Assembly (NCBI GenBank): GCA_951406725.2
Contig: OX597821.1
Location: 104,408,001 to 104,472,000, forward strand
Direction of reading: 5' to 3'
Origin: Octopus vulgaris
Taxonomy: Eukaryota
DNA: 64,000 nucleotides
The stretch's first letter is position 1. Each line of letters begins with the position of its first letter. Positions 39,998 to 54,200 of this stretch are shown one piece after another. The position numbers and the translations under genes are program-made. The notes under the pieces were generated by a model. It made no database searches and was not told where the DNA came from. It saw nothing but the letters and a program-made list of their open reading frames with translations.

Positions 39998-40032
<35 letters not shown>

Positions 40033-41547
40033 AAGGCCAACCGAGGAAGACTATTACTGACCTTCAGCAACGTTGTGCGATCTAGGACTAACTTATATTT
40101 TGCATTTGCAGTAAATATACACATATATTACTGATTAAGTATCAAACTATTGTCGCGATTACAATTATTTATGATTCTTCTATTAAATGTTTCAAAGCGA
40201 TATGATATTCGGTCGCGGATAGAATTGATTGTAAATTGATATTCTTCACGACAAGATACATTTTTATCGATACTGTAAGGATGAAAGTCAAAACAGTCTC
40301 TGGCGAGATTCCAGTTTTTATAGTAAATCGCCTAACTATGGACCACAAGACAATCTATGCTCTCCTACCTCATTCTCGATCCACGTTCCACTATTTAGTT
40401 TAAAATCTCCAATGCAGTTCTCATGCTTAAATTTGCATGTTTCTTCACTATTTTCGCCACTCCAAAATCAGAGAATTTGACTTTTAGAATGTTGTACTGG
40501 TTAATAAAATCTATTTTCGGAAGTTGCTAAGTATGCCGGCTAAGTATGCTAAGTATGTTTCTGTTCTTTGGAGTTTATTCCATCGCAATTCCCCTAACAA
40601 TGTTCCCATATAAGAGATTCCTTAATCGTATATCTGATGTTTCTGCATTTTAAGTTTTCCTTCTTTTTACAAAGTTTAGGTACTAACTCTTACATATCTA
40701 ATATTCTTCCTTCATGAAATACGTAGAGCATTTGTCACTATCGGATTATATCTTCCGAACAGAAGCATGTGGAATCCCTAAATGCGAGGCTACTAGTAAA
40801 TCTATACACTTTATGTTTACGTCAAATCTCAGTAAAATAGAATTTGAAACAAGCTATTAATTTAACCTGATGATACATATATGGTAACATAAATTTATTA
40901 AGCTACGTCAATGTTCCCACATTTGGGAACATGATACATTTATGTATCATAAACAACACAGAGATACGAAGCAGAATTTGCCAGAATTGAGCAGGGAATA
41001 ATAGATGAAAAGTAAAACAAAAAATAAATGCGTATTTATTTGCAATGTAATATGGTTTATACGATAACTGATATACAAGCTATACATCATGCCCATAGAA
41101 TTTACCCTATAAGAAGTGACAGCCATCGTTACGAATAGGGGAATAAGGATCATTTTATAGCTTTAGTAAGCTTCAAAAATCTTGAAACTTCATTGAACTA
41201 GCAACAGCGAACGACAAGGCACTCTGCACTTTATTGCATTTTACAGGGAATAATTTCTCATGTGTGTAAAGAAAATATTTATTTATCCTCCTGGTACCAC
41301 TCTTCCCATTCCACTTTCTCCTTCTCATCGTTGTCATCATCTCAATGATTATCATTATCATTTATAATATTGTGTAACACCGAAATCATTGCTTTTAAAC
41401 CACGCTATTTATTTTTACAAAGAAACGAAATCGAAGGCATGAATTATTATACACTCAACATTTAAATATTTGCTAGTAAATCTGAATTTAAACTATAGAA
41501 TAAAATTAAATGCCTGATAGACTCATGATTTATGTAATTAATATTAA

Positions 41548-41870
41548 TCCCATACCGGGCGTTGTGAGTGTTTATTGAGCGAAAACACCTAAAGCTACAC
41601 GAGGCTCCGACAGGGGATGGTGGTGATCCCTGCTGTACTCTTTCACCACAACTTTCACTCACTCTTACTTCCTGTTTCTGTTGTACCTTTATTTCAAAGG
41701 ACCGGCCTTGTCACTCTCTGTGTCACGCTGAATATCCCCGAGAACTACGTTAAGGGTGTATGTGTCTGTGGAGTGCTCAGCCACTTACACGTTAATTTCA
41801 CGAGCAGGCTGTTCCGTTGATCGGATCAACCGGAACCCTCGTCGTCGTAACCGACGGAGTGCTTCCATCC
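41548..41870 (+). mobile_element. SINE family C, 5'-truncated, tail type 2
   Basis: Shared core, then a different 3' region ending cggaaccctcgtcgtcgtaaccgacggagtgcttcc. Confidence 0.72.
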
Positions 41871-41891
41871 AATTAATATTACACATAAGGC

Positions 41892-42090
41892 AAAGGCGGT
41901 GAGCTGAAAGAATCGTTAGCATACCGGACAAAATGCTGAGCGGGATTTTGGTCGTCTTAATGTTCCGAGTGCAAATTATGTTGAGGTCAAAATTTGCGGC
42001 CGATAACATAAGTACCAGTTGAGCACTGGGTTGATGTAATGGACGTAACCTTCCCCTCAGATAGCTAAACTTGTAGCAAAATTTGAAACT
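41892..42090 (+). mobile_element. SINE B, degenerate
   Basis: aaggcggtgagctgaaagaatcgttagcataccgg...taagtaccagttgagcactggg. Confidence 0.7.
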
Positions 42091-42604
42091 TAATATTATA
42101 CGTTAGATAATTAAATAAATTGAGTTAATATCATATAAGATATCCCCTGGCGAGAATACTTTATTCATACATCTAGGAAACCATCGCAACAACTGTGTCT
42201 GAAAGAACTTGCAAATAAGGAATCTTTCCGAAGCTCAATAAAGAATTGCGGTCGATTTAGTCAAGTAACCTTAACTAGCGTTTTTGTAGCGTTAGGCCTA
42301 TGTACTTAATTATTTTTAACCTCCTATTCAAATTCACTGTTCATTTGTAAAAGTACAGTTTAAGTTTACATTCTATTGATGACTCCGAAGCAGTCTGAGA
42401 ATATATTTTGTATTATCTTTTAAGGTAAACTCGGGAATGGGTGTGTTAAAAGGAAACCAGTATACGGCTATGCAATTCTTTTCCACGTTGACTGAAGTAA
42501 AACGGAGCCATAAACACCGTGGTGACAATAGCAACCTGGCTGTCTCAGACTTTTGAAAATTTTGCTGGCCACGTGTCGAACTTATTCCAGAATAATTTAG
42601 CAAC

Positions 42605-42659
<55 letters not shown>

Positions 42660-43872
42660 CAAAAGAGGGAGTGGTGTTTCCACACTTTTTTTTATTTCAG
42701 TACGACTGGTCGACCGCCACTGATATTAATGAACCTTGTACATTCTAGCAAATTGATATACAGTTTTAATTTCAAACTTACACCTTCTGTTTTGAACATG
42801 GTAATTTATCAACATTGAAACATTTTAGTTTGTCAACATTGAAACATTTTGAATTGTCAACATTGAAACTTATAACTATATTTTTTCTAATTTTACACTT
42901 TTACCATTGTTAAACAAAAAATATAGTTGAAACTAGTATGGTATATATGTAAATATAATTTATTTTAAACATTTACGTGCATTTTCAACAGCACATTTTC
43001 CTATATATACATAAATATATGTGTGTGTGTGTGTGTGTTGACTCGAAATATACCCACATTACTCATGCAGTATACAACAACGATGGAGAAAAAACGTTTT
43101 TTTATAAATATTCAACTACAACTAATACAACAGTAACGACAAAGACGAGAAATAATTTTAAACGGCGCAGGAGTGGCTGTGTGGTAAATAGCTTGCTAAC
43201 ACACATGCGCAGTTAGTCAGTTGCTTCCTGTTCAGCCAGAGTGGACGCGAGTCAACCAGCTCCGTCCAATTAAAGAAAAAAGACCAAAAACGGAAAGTTG
43301 TCGAGGTAAGTGATTTTGTTTATTGTGAGTTGGGCATAATTTATTGCGTGCCAATTATTATGAGACAATTTCGCCTGCTCTCGGCGGCTGCCGTTTTTGT
43401 GTTTATTCAAAAAAAAAAAAAAACAGTGGAGGGGCGTATCCTCGGAATTCAATACAGTTACCGTTAAAATTACCGTTGGCGGTAGCCAGTGCTGTGTTTG
43501 GGTTTGTTGAACTTATTCTCTTGTCAGAGTACTTCGCAAGAAAATTATAAAAATAAGCCACTATTGGATTACCTTTCGGACCCATTTTTGTGGAGGTTGT
43601 GTTGCAGCTGCGGCGTTCCAGGTTCAACCCAGGCCGGGAGTACCGCAAGGCCAGAATATTTTTGCTGTGTTTTTTCTGTTTATTAACTTTTTTTGAACTT
43701 CATTTAACTCCCCCTTTTGTTTTTTTTCTTTATTGCGACTTTCCGTTGATTTCTTCCCTTCTGTTGTGCTTTCTCCTTTTTGTTTTTTCAAAAATCTATC
43801 AAATTTTATTTGGACTTTTGAACTTTTTTCTTCTTGCTTTTTGAGTTTAATTTGAATATATTTAAAAAAAAC

Positions 43873-45113
43873 ATGGCAATGGAAAATAACAAAATTTTGG
43901 AATGGGAAATCATACCGCCTAAAAAGTGGTTAAAAGACCGTGAAGATAGGACGGTGGTGTTGAGAACCTACTCCAAGGCACTCGACACCATCGCCCTATT
44001 CGAAAAGACGGCAATTGAAAAGGAGTTGGAAGAGTATTTGCCAACAATTAAATTCATTTCCAGAGGTGTCAAATATGCAACGGTGTGGTTGCTATTTGAC
44101 ACCCCTGAAGAGGCTTGCAAATTTGCTAGCAAACCCCTGGAGGGTAAGGAAATCTTACTCCTGCCTACGTACAAAAAAAAAGAAATTGATGAAAGCTTGG
44201 ATTTGCGGGCTGCCACCCGACATAGAACCCGAGTGGATAGAGGAGACTATCCGCCGGGGTCTGGGTGGCAGCGAAACTAAGCTCCTTAATGTAAAAGTTC
44301 TTCCTGCGGCTGCTTGGGTTGGGTCAAAAGCAATTTTGGCCCTGTGGACCCAATCAGCCAATCTGGTTCTTCCAGATTTTTTGAAAATGGCCGGGTGCAG
44401 ATACCCGGTGATGCTTGAGGGTCGCCCCACTAAGTGTCATCGGTGCTTGGAGTCTGGCCACATAAAGAAGAACTGTCCTCGGGAACAAAATAGGATCCCG
44501 GAACAGTTAAGTAAAACCCCTCTAGAAGAGGGAACGATAACGGCCGAGAAAGCAGAGGACTCCTCAAACAGAGGCCGAAAGAGGAAGGTGAGCAACAATG
44601 GGTGCTCACCAAAGGATAATAGGGATGAGGAGAGGAAGGCAAATCTTCCAGCCACGGAGGAGACGCACCCTCCCTCAGTTGAAAAGGGAAAAAAAAGAAA
44701 AAGAGGAAGAAAAACGACAATTACCGGCTGTCAGTGTAGCACCGGAATGTCCCGGAACTACGTCGGTTGGGGTTGTGCCACCGACAAGAGAAGGAATACC
44801 GATGGCGGGAACTGTGCCGCCAACGAAAGAACTGAACGTATTGGTCCTCTTCTATAGAGGAGGAGAAATTGAAAAAAAAATGATGGAAGAGCACCACAAG
44901 GGAGCACCTTTAGCCTTCACACAGGACCCCGAATGGCCTCCGCAGGTAGCTGTGGAGGCCGTGGCGTTCGACGTGACGCTTGGGCTAAAGGAGCTCAATG
45001 AAGATTATAGCTTGGTCCCGGGCGACGTGAACTCGGAACTTGATTACGTTCTGAGGGAGGCGTGGTTGATGGTGGAGGGCGCGGGCACAAGCTATTTCGA
45101 GGACGATATGTAA
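43873..45113 (+). pseudogene. Gag-like ORF1 with a CCHC zinc knuckle, broken by two +1 shifts in poly-A runs
   Basis: MAMENNKILEW..LLLPTYKKK / KAWICGLP..EGRPTKCHRCLESGHIKKNC / ..YFEDDM*. Resembles the ORF1 at 59734-60498 (TPSYLGQKVTKV..EGRRPRCYTCGSETHLKKEC). Confidence 0.8.
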
Positions 45114-45128
45114 TTATTGAACTGTTAG

Positions 45129-45263
45129 TATTAATAATGGACTGCTAAGTCCAAAAATTGAAAATTGTAAGAGGCTTAATACCTCGTTTTGTATTTTTAT
45201 TAATAATGGACTGCTACGTCCAAAAATTGGAAAAATTGTAAGAGGTTTAATACCTCGTTTTGT
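45129..45263 (+). repeat. Tandem duplication of about 65-70 bp in the 3' UTR
   Basis: tattaataatggactgcta.gtccaaaaattg..aaattgtaagagg.ttaatacctcgttttgt occurs twice. Confidence 0.9.
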
Positions 45264-47107
45264 GTTTATCTTTAAAAAGAACAATGTTTTAGAGAAGCGA
45301 AAGTCGGCGGGCGCTTTTTGTCTTCACCCATCCTTATCATCTGTCTTTCATTATCATTCACTTCATTAATGTCCTCGTCCAGCCCGCAAAGCTAACTTAA
45401 TCTGTGTACTGCCTTTATGGCAAATGTTTTGAAATAAAGTAGCTTGCTAACCAACCACATGGTTCCGGGTTCAGTCCCACTGCGTGGCACTTTGGCCAAG
45501 TGTCTTCTACTATAGCCTCGGGTCGACCAAAGCCTTGTGAGTGGATTTGGTAGACGGAAACTGAAAGAAGCCCGTCGTATATATGTATATATATGTATGT
45601 GTGTGCGTGTGGTTTGTATGTCTGTGTTTGTCTCCCTAGCATTGCTTGACAACCGATGCTGGTGTGTTGTTTATGTCCCCGTTTCTTAGCGGTTCGGCAA
45701 AATAGACCGATAGAATAAGTACTGGGCTTACAAAAAAATAAGTCCCGGGCTCGAGTTGCTCGATTAAAGGCGGTGCTCCAGCATGGCCGCTGTCAAATGA
45801 CTGAAACAAGTAAAAGAGTAAAAAAAAAAGAGAGAGTAACTGAAAAGCCGAAAGCAACAGGAACGACATCAAAATCACCTGAATGTACAAAGTCGTTTCT
45901 TTTTAATTAAAAAAAAACAACTTTTATTTTCATATCACTAGTTGCTACGGTAGTTACAGTAATAAGAAATTAGTTAACCACAAGAAAAGTACGGTCAATT
46001 CCTCCTTAGCTGACTGATACAGCTGCACGTAGGACGAATACATCGTTACAAATTTCAATCACCTCATTTCTAAACTATCAATGGCAGTATGGATTTTTAA
46101 TACTTTCCGCTGAAACGTTATAGTTATCGCTAACCCTCCAAATTTATATCTCGGTACATTCTTTTACGTTTTATTGAGAGAAACATTATCATCTAGTGCA
46201 AGCGATAATTCCATTATGTAACACTTACACTCCTGGTAGTCATTGATAACAACATCAAGTGATATTGCGTTGTGTATGTGTAGGCATGGAATGACATAAC
46301 ACAAAATATTTCCGCTTTGTTTGAGACATTCTCTCCAACGCCTTGTCTCAGAAGCCTGTTTGTACTACATATTTTTATTTCGTAGTTCATAAGACGTAGT
46401 ATATTATCCTTAATAATAATAGTAAACTGGGTTGAAAAAATTGCTGGACAAAATGTTTGGCAGTATTTGTTCTAGTTCAGTTCGTTGTGAGTTATAGAAC
46501 AGCCGATGTTCAATAAGCCCTTAATAAATCCGGGGTTTGTAAAATAAAGTGCAAATCAAGAGCCGTGTTGGGTATAAACCAATAAACATTCGCACTAAAA
46601 TTTCACGCATTGATTCTATATTATAAGTAATTATTCAATGAACTTCTTTGTGGTAGAACGGATTGATCGTCTGACTAAAGGCCATGCAGTGTTTGAGTAA
46701 AACATTCAGTTTCGAGTCCATACTCTGCTGAGGTGAGCTGTAATTTATCTCTGTAAAATGAATCACTGGGCAAGCACTGAGGACGAAGTAATCAGCTAAC
46801 ACCTGACAAAACAAACTGCTGGCCTTGTGTTTCTAAAAGAGACCGTTATCTAGCAGACAGAATCGTTCGAACAATTTCGGGTGTCAGCGAAAATCAACTG
46901 GCTGGTATGTTCCAGAGGAATTTCGGGGCGGGGGTCTATCGATAATTTCTAGAAATCCTTGGTCTGGCAGCGCTACAGAGGTAGATCATTGTCAGTTCTG
47001 GAGAAATTCTTCTGGCAAGGAAGTGCTGTCAGCGGGGCTTGCCCGATATGCCCCATATCGTCCCCAGAATTTTTATGCGATGCCTTACTGTTTAATAAAG
47101 AAAACAT

Positions 47108-47510
47108 TCTTCTTCTTCTTCTTCTCCTTCTCCTTCTTCTTCTTCTTCTTCTTCTTCTTCTTCCTTATCGTCATCTTGTTGTTGTTGTTGCTGTTGTTGT
47201 TGTTGTTCTTGCTCTTCTTCTTCTCTCTTCTCCACCTTCTTCTTCTTCTTCTTCTTCTTCTTCTTCTTCTTCTTCCTCTTCTCCTTTTTATTTTCCTTCT
47301 TCTTCTTCCTCTTCTCCTTTTTATTTTCCTTCTTCTTCTCCTTCTTCTCCTTCATCGTCTTCTTCGTCTTATTTTCCTTCCTCTTCTCCAACACTACCTT
47401 CTCCTCCTTCTTGTTCTCATTCTCCTTCTTCTTAATAGTAGTAGTAGTATTAGTAGCAGTAGTGGTGGTGGTATTAGCAGTAGTAGCATAGTAGTAGCAT
47501 CGTAGTAGTA
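47108..47510. repeat. (CTT)n, (GTT)n and (AGT)n compound microsatellite
   Basis: Direct reading. Confidence 0.95.
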
Positions 47511-48160
47511 GTTCCTGACATGGCTGTTTTAGTACTAGTTGATGCAAATTTTTTTGTTGAAGTGTAACAATGTAACAAAGCCGTATATAATTTCCTGCCG
47601 AATTCCAATCCATCTGTGTCTCGTTTTGTATTCAATACATTCTGTTACGAAATAGTCAATTACAGGTTTCTTCTAGTATCATTTCAATCGATTCCCCTGT
47701 TCCTTTGCACACACAGACTTTCCCAACTATGCATTTCTTCAACGAATATTTGGGATTACATTACAATAAGAAACCACCAAACAGTAGTTAGTTCTCCATC
47801 ATACATGAGCTTTGCATATATTTCTAAACTTCGGATATACTCCTGCTTTCATCGTCTACATAGCGTTCAGGTGAAAAGTCAGATGATGCAAGAAAATCGG
47901 TGCTGTTGAAAAGCCTATCCTTAATCAGAAACGTTTGATAGCATCGTGATTATAGCTGCAGTAATAATCATTGCGTATAAATCATTTTAAGAACTATCGA
48001 TTTTTTTCCCTTCCTTTCAGTAGTATAGTATTAAACGTTGTTGCTAAGACGGATTGTGTTCTGGTAAAACACATTAACTAGTAATTGCGAGCTTCTCAGT
48101 ATAAACGTGTTAAACTTCTGTTTGCACACATTTTGATAAACTATGTTTTTCTTTCGACAT

Positions 48161-48197
<37 letters not shown>

Positions 48198-48762
48198 TAT
48201 CCCTGCGTTTTCTAAAACAAAGATATGAAATAATATGAAGTTCTTTCAAGATAGGATTTAATTAATTTTATGTATATTTTGCATTAATACTGCAACGATT
48301 CATTCTTTTGTTTTATATAATTTGGAGAAAATTATTCTCCAGTTCATTTACTGCTTCGGTATTTTGTTTATGTTGTGTTAGCTAGTTTCGTTCAGCAAGT
48401 GCAAAGTGAGATTATCTCCTTACAGTTATACATACATACACACATACATAAAGCATGCATACATACATACATACATGTAACATAGGGACATTGACACAGT
48501 CATACACACATATACGGATGTTCATTATATTTACATATACTTGTGAGTGTGTGTGTGTGTGTGTGTAGGGTGTGTGTATATGATTCGCGTTTGTTTCCTT
48601 TTGTTTGATCATGATTACCTCATTACGTTCGCTTCTTTAGTTGAAAAGGCAATTCAATAATATCACTAATTGTAATATCAACAGTAGCAACACGAAGAAC
48701 AAGCATAATAGTAATAATACTATGAAAAATATTAATGACAGCGCCATTATTAATAGTAAAAT

Positions 48763-48837
48763 GTAATAATAATAATAACAATACTAATAATAAAAGTGAT
48801 AATAATAATAATAACAATAATAATATAACTAATAATG

Positions 48838-48907
<70 letters not shown>

Positions 48908-49003
48908 GAAGAAGAAGAAGACAGAGAATAAAAATAATAATGACAATGATAATAATATTGATAATAATAACAATGATGTTAACTCAAACAACAATAATAT
49001 TAT
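48763..49003. repeat. (AAT)n-rich microsatellite
   Basis: Direct reading. Confidence 0.95.
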
Positions 49004-49722
49004 TAAGAATTCGTATATTTCACAACTTTTATTGTGATGTCAACTTTGCATTCGCAATCAAAATATCAACAAAACGCTCACTCATTGTAATATCCTCCTT
49101 TAGAAAACATTTCAAGCCCATACACCATTAATTCCGACATTTGAACCCTGAATTATCAATAACCTTTCAAAGAAAACCATATCGTTTGTTTACAAAGAAC
49201 ATCGCCTAAACAATATATCATCATATTTTCTTTTATATTATATTTATTCATTTAACATTTTCCCAATACGGTTCTTTATTTTCATTTTTATATTTTTGGC
49301 TCTTACGTTTTATTCATCTAAGTGAAATAATATTGAAATCTCTTTAAAAATAAATTCTGAAAAAATGGAAGCAATATTAAAAGCATTTATGCCAATTTCT
49401 AAAAGTAGAATATAAAAGATATTTTATTTTATGATTTGTTTATTCGACTTTCAGCGAGTGTTTTATTAAAAAATATTTTAAGCGTACCATCATATCACCG
49501 TGTGGTTAAGACGTTCTGCATGCAACGTTGAGGATACTGGTGAGGCCCCATTAGGGGGCACGGCATTTGCTACGAATATCTTCCATTACTATACAGAAAG
49601 AGAGAAGAATGTTTATACACACACACACATACACACATATATAAATAAAGAGAGGATATGAGTGGTTAAGTTCACTGGTGATCGAAACGAATAGGTGTAA
49701 GTGGTATGATTGGTCATTCGGA

Positions 49723-49801
<79 letters not shown>

Positions 49802-49950
49802 TATATTGTGTACATATATGGATATATACGTATGTACATAAATGATTATATTATTTAATATCATCTGTTAAATATGTGAAATAAATTCATAGCGTGCATT
49901 TGAAAAGTCCTAAACGGTTATCAGATACCATGTGCGATGAAACAACAGGA

Positions 49951-51288
<1,338 letters not shown>

Positions 51289-54200
51289 CAAGACAATGTT
51301 GATGACAAGACAAGAAAGATGAACATATTATAACTACCTCCCAAGAAACAGGATAAAATGTTTAAGGCCCATATGGGCTTTTAAAAAATGCATCACCAGA
51401 GGGAAAAAAAAATTGCCACGATCGAAGCTAGATTCGACAGTGGAGAACGAGCTATGGATCTCTTCACAACGCCTTTTGAATACGAGAACCTAATGATGAT
51501 CCCTACATATCTTGGTCGTAGAGTCACAAAAATAAAAGTCAAAGATATGCCCCATGAGATGCAAATAAAATGGCTTGTGTCTGCCATATGTTATGATATC
51601 GAGGAGTTAATCCACACTTTGGAAATCGCTGTCCTGGACTAACAAAATTGGATTAGTCAGTATTGAAATGATTCGACTTCTTACAAAACTGGCAGACGGT
51701 CCAAATTTGCATGTGGCGTCGAAGGTAGAAAGACACATTGCTAAGTTTGTGGTAGCAAATCACACCTAAAAATCAATTGCCATTAGTACAGCAACAACAA
51801 CAGGAAAAACAAAGATAACACGATCAAGAAGAAGAACAACAACTGTAAAGGAAAAAGAGAAAAACAAAAGGACTCATACCCCACCCCCAAAACCCATACA
51901 CCACATCCCAACTGTCACCAACTAGCACGAACACCAACAACAAAATCAGCACACTCAGAAATAGACCCCAATTTCTGATTCCTCAGACATGTCCTCAGAG
52001 AAAAACGACACAGAGGATTGGCAAGTGGCCGGGAGGGATGAGGAGAAAAGTGAATAAAAATAGACAAGTAAACCAACAAAACATGGAGGTTTACCACTCC
52101 CGAAACCAAAACACCCGCAGAAGCATTAACACAAACATACAAACATCAAATGGCCCCACAATGTCGACAAGCTATAAGCACTAACAGTCCAAACCTAATG
52201 GAATACATTAGGTCAAACACCAACATAAGAGTAAACTATACCAAAACAAATAATTACCCACACACAACAGCCACGCACAACACATTAAAATCTTATATAT
52301 AACACAGAACAGACACAATGCACTGAAATCTCTCTACCTGGATGCAGGAGGAGAGATTTCAAAAATACCTCTGTAAAAAACTGCAAATAACGTCTGGGAA
52401 AATTCTGTAATATGAAGGACAAACAAATTTCAGACAGTAAGTGACTCTCTCTCTCTCTCATTTTCTTGCGTTTTCCCTTTTGGTGTAAAACACAACTTTC
52501 GATAGGAACATGCGCAGAATAGGTTGTATAAATATACGTGACTTGGGGTCGCCTTGGAAACAAGGCTACTTGTTAACTGACATCAAGTCACAGAATGTGC
52601 ATATCATAACCATCAGTGAGACCAGATTCTACACACTCCAGCACATGTTCGGCGGACATTTCAACATTTATGTTTCTCCGTGTCTGCCGAGAATCGGTGG
52701 AGGTGGCACCGCGGTGCTTCTTCGGAAGAATCTGGACCTCAAGGTAAAGACAATTTTCCTTGACCTACAAGGTAGGTTGGTTGACTTAGATGTCGATAGC
52801 AGTAATAGGTGTGCTTTTTGGCAGATAACAGTTTATGCATCGCCCTTAACAAGTCGGCAAGGTTTCTTTCGACGTCTAGAGGTTTTCCTTGGAACGTCTC
52901 GACCTTTACTTTTAGTGGGTGGTTGGAACGCTACCTTGGACACGCATCGAGACTACGGGGCACAGATAGTAATAGGAGGGGATGTAAATGCCGCAAATGC
53001 CTGCCCAGACGTTTCCAATTCTTTGAAAGGTTCCGAGTGGATCACCCGAGTGTGTCAATGAGGACATGGAGAAACCGCATCGGTTCGTCCAGATCGTATT
53101 TAGATACAGTATACTGTAGGATAGTGGATAAGGATAGTGGAGTTTGTCCGCAATTCCATATAGTCAGCTGCACAGACCACAGATTTATGATTTGTACACT
53201 TGACTTAGTTAAGAGCCATAGGCAGGGTCCCATTTACTGGAAGCTGAACGCATCGTTCACGGCATGCTAAGCTTTCAGGGACCGCATTAGCATATTAGTT
53301 AAGAGAGAATTGACGGGTACTGTCGTCAACAATAGACGGTGGCATGCCGTAAAAAGAGCAATTACAGCAGAATCGGTTAGGCCGAAATAGAATAGAGGGA
53401 GAACTAATAAAGAAATTAGAAGAGTCACTTAGAACTGGCATCGGGTCCAACGTATTGGTAACGAGGTTAGCCCTCGACTAACACTTCAACACCAAACACG
53501 AATGATGCGTTGTCAGAACTAGGATGTGCGCTCTGAGAAACGAAAGAGTTGGAGCCGCCCGGGAGGCCCAAGTGCCGGAGGCGCAACGAGGAAACAAATC
53601 CACCATTAGGTTTCTGAGAGATGAATAAGGGCGCGAATTACTCGAGCCCGAAACGATGTGTAAGGCATTTAAACAACACTTTGCTCGACTGTTCGGGACA
53701 ACTGGTGGGTCAGAACGCAGGATGGACTTTAGTGCCTGCCTGCATGGCTTGTCACGACTCTCAAGAAGAGTGGCGGATTGTTGTGCAAAACCCATCACAG
53801 CCTTGGACGTACAGAATGCGATGGCATGCTGCGAGGGAGACAAGTCGCCAGGCATGGATGGTATACCCTACGAACTATATTGTCATATGCCAGACTTGTG
53901 TGAAGGCGTCTTGACAGCGGTCTACTGCAACTGGCAGTAAAACGGGAGTATCCCCGTTTCTGCGAAGCGAGGGGCAGTAGCACTGCTAGAAAACGATCCA
54001 AACAAGAAGAATGTCATAGATAACCCTAACCCATCACTCTGCTCATCGCAGGTTTTAATATTTTGGCCAAGGTGTTAGCCGAGATGTTGACGCTAGTCAT
54101 CGAGAAACTGTACGACAAGGCGCAAACATGCGCCGTTCCGGGCAGGAGCATCTATGCACTACAATATAGACAGGATAGTTAAGGAACTTAGCATGGGTGG

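Larger units (their letters stand above)
37994..40006 (-). mobile_element. Segment bounded by direct repeats of about 105 bp, containing a CT-rich non-coding repeat and a nested hammerhead element
   Basis: 37994-38100 matches 39900-40006 (gagaagggcggagga...aaattaaataataaataatata). Minus-strand gacaaCTGATGAaggg at about 39393-39408. Confidence 0.55.
43201..45439 (+). mobile_element. ORF1-only (HAL1-like) Tx1-related non-autonomous retroelement with a 12-bp TSD
   Basis: TSD at 43189-43200 and 45440-45451; 5' leader of about 670 bp; gag-like ORF; 3' UTR ending in AATAAA; no APE or RT sequence. Confidence 0.8.
43164..45821 (+). mobile_element. SINE A split by a 2.2-kb insertion (head 43164-43200, remainder about 45440-45821)
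   Basis: ggcgcaggagtggctgtgtggtaaaTAGCTTGCTAAC | insert | TAGCTTGCTAACcaaccacatggttccggg. Confidence 0.9.

Noticed and set aside
43303-43850. Possible intron in the leader of the ORF1-only element (gag|gtaagt donor, T-rich tract)
   Set aside because: No convincing YAG acceptor before the ATG, and it cannot be supported without transcripts.
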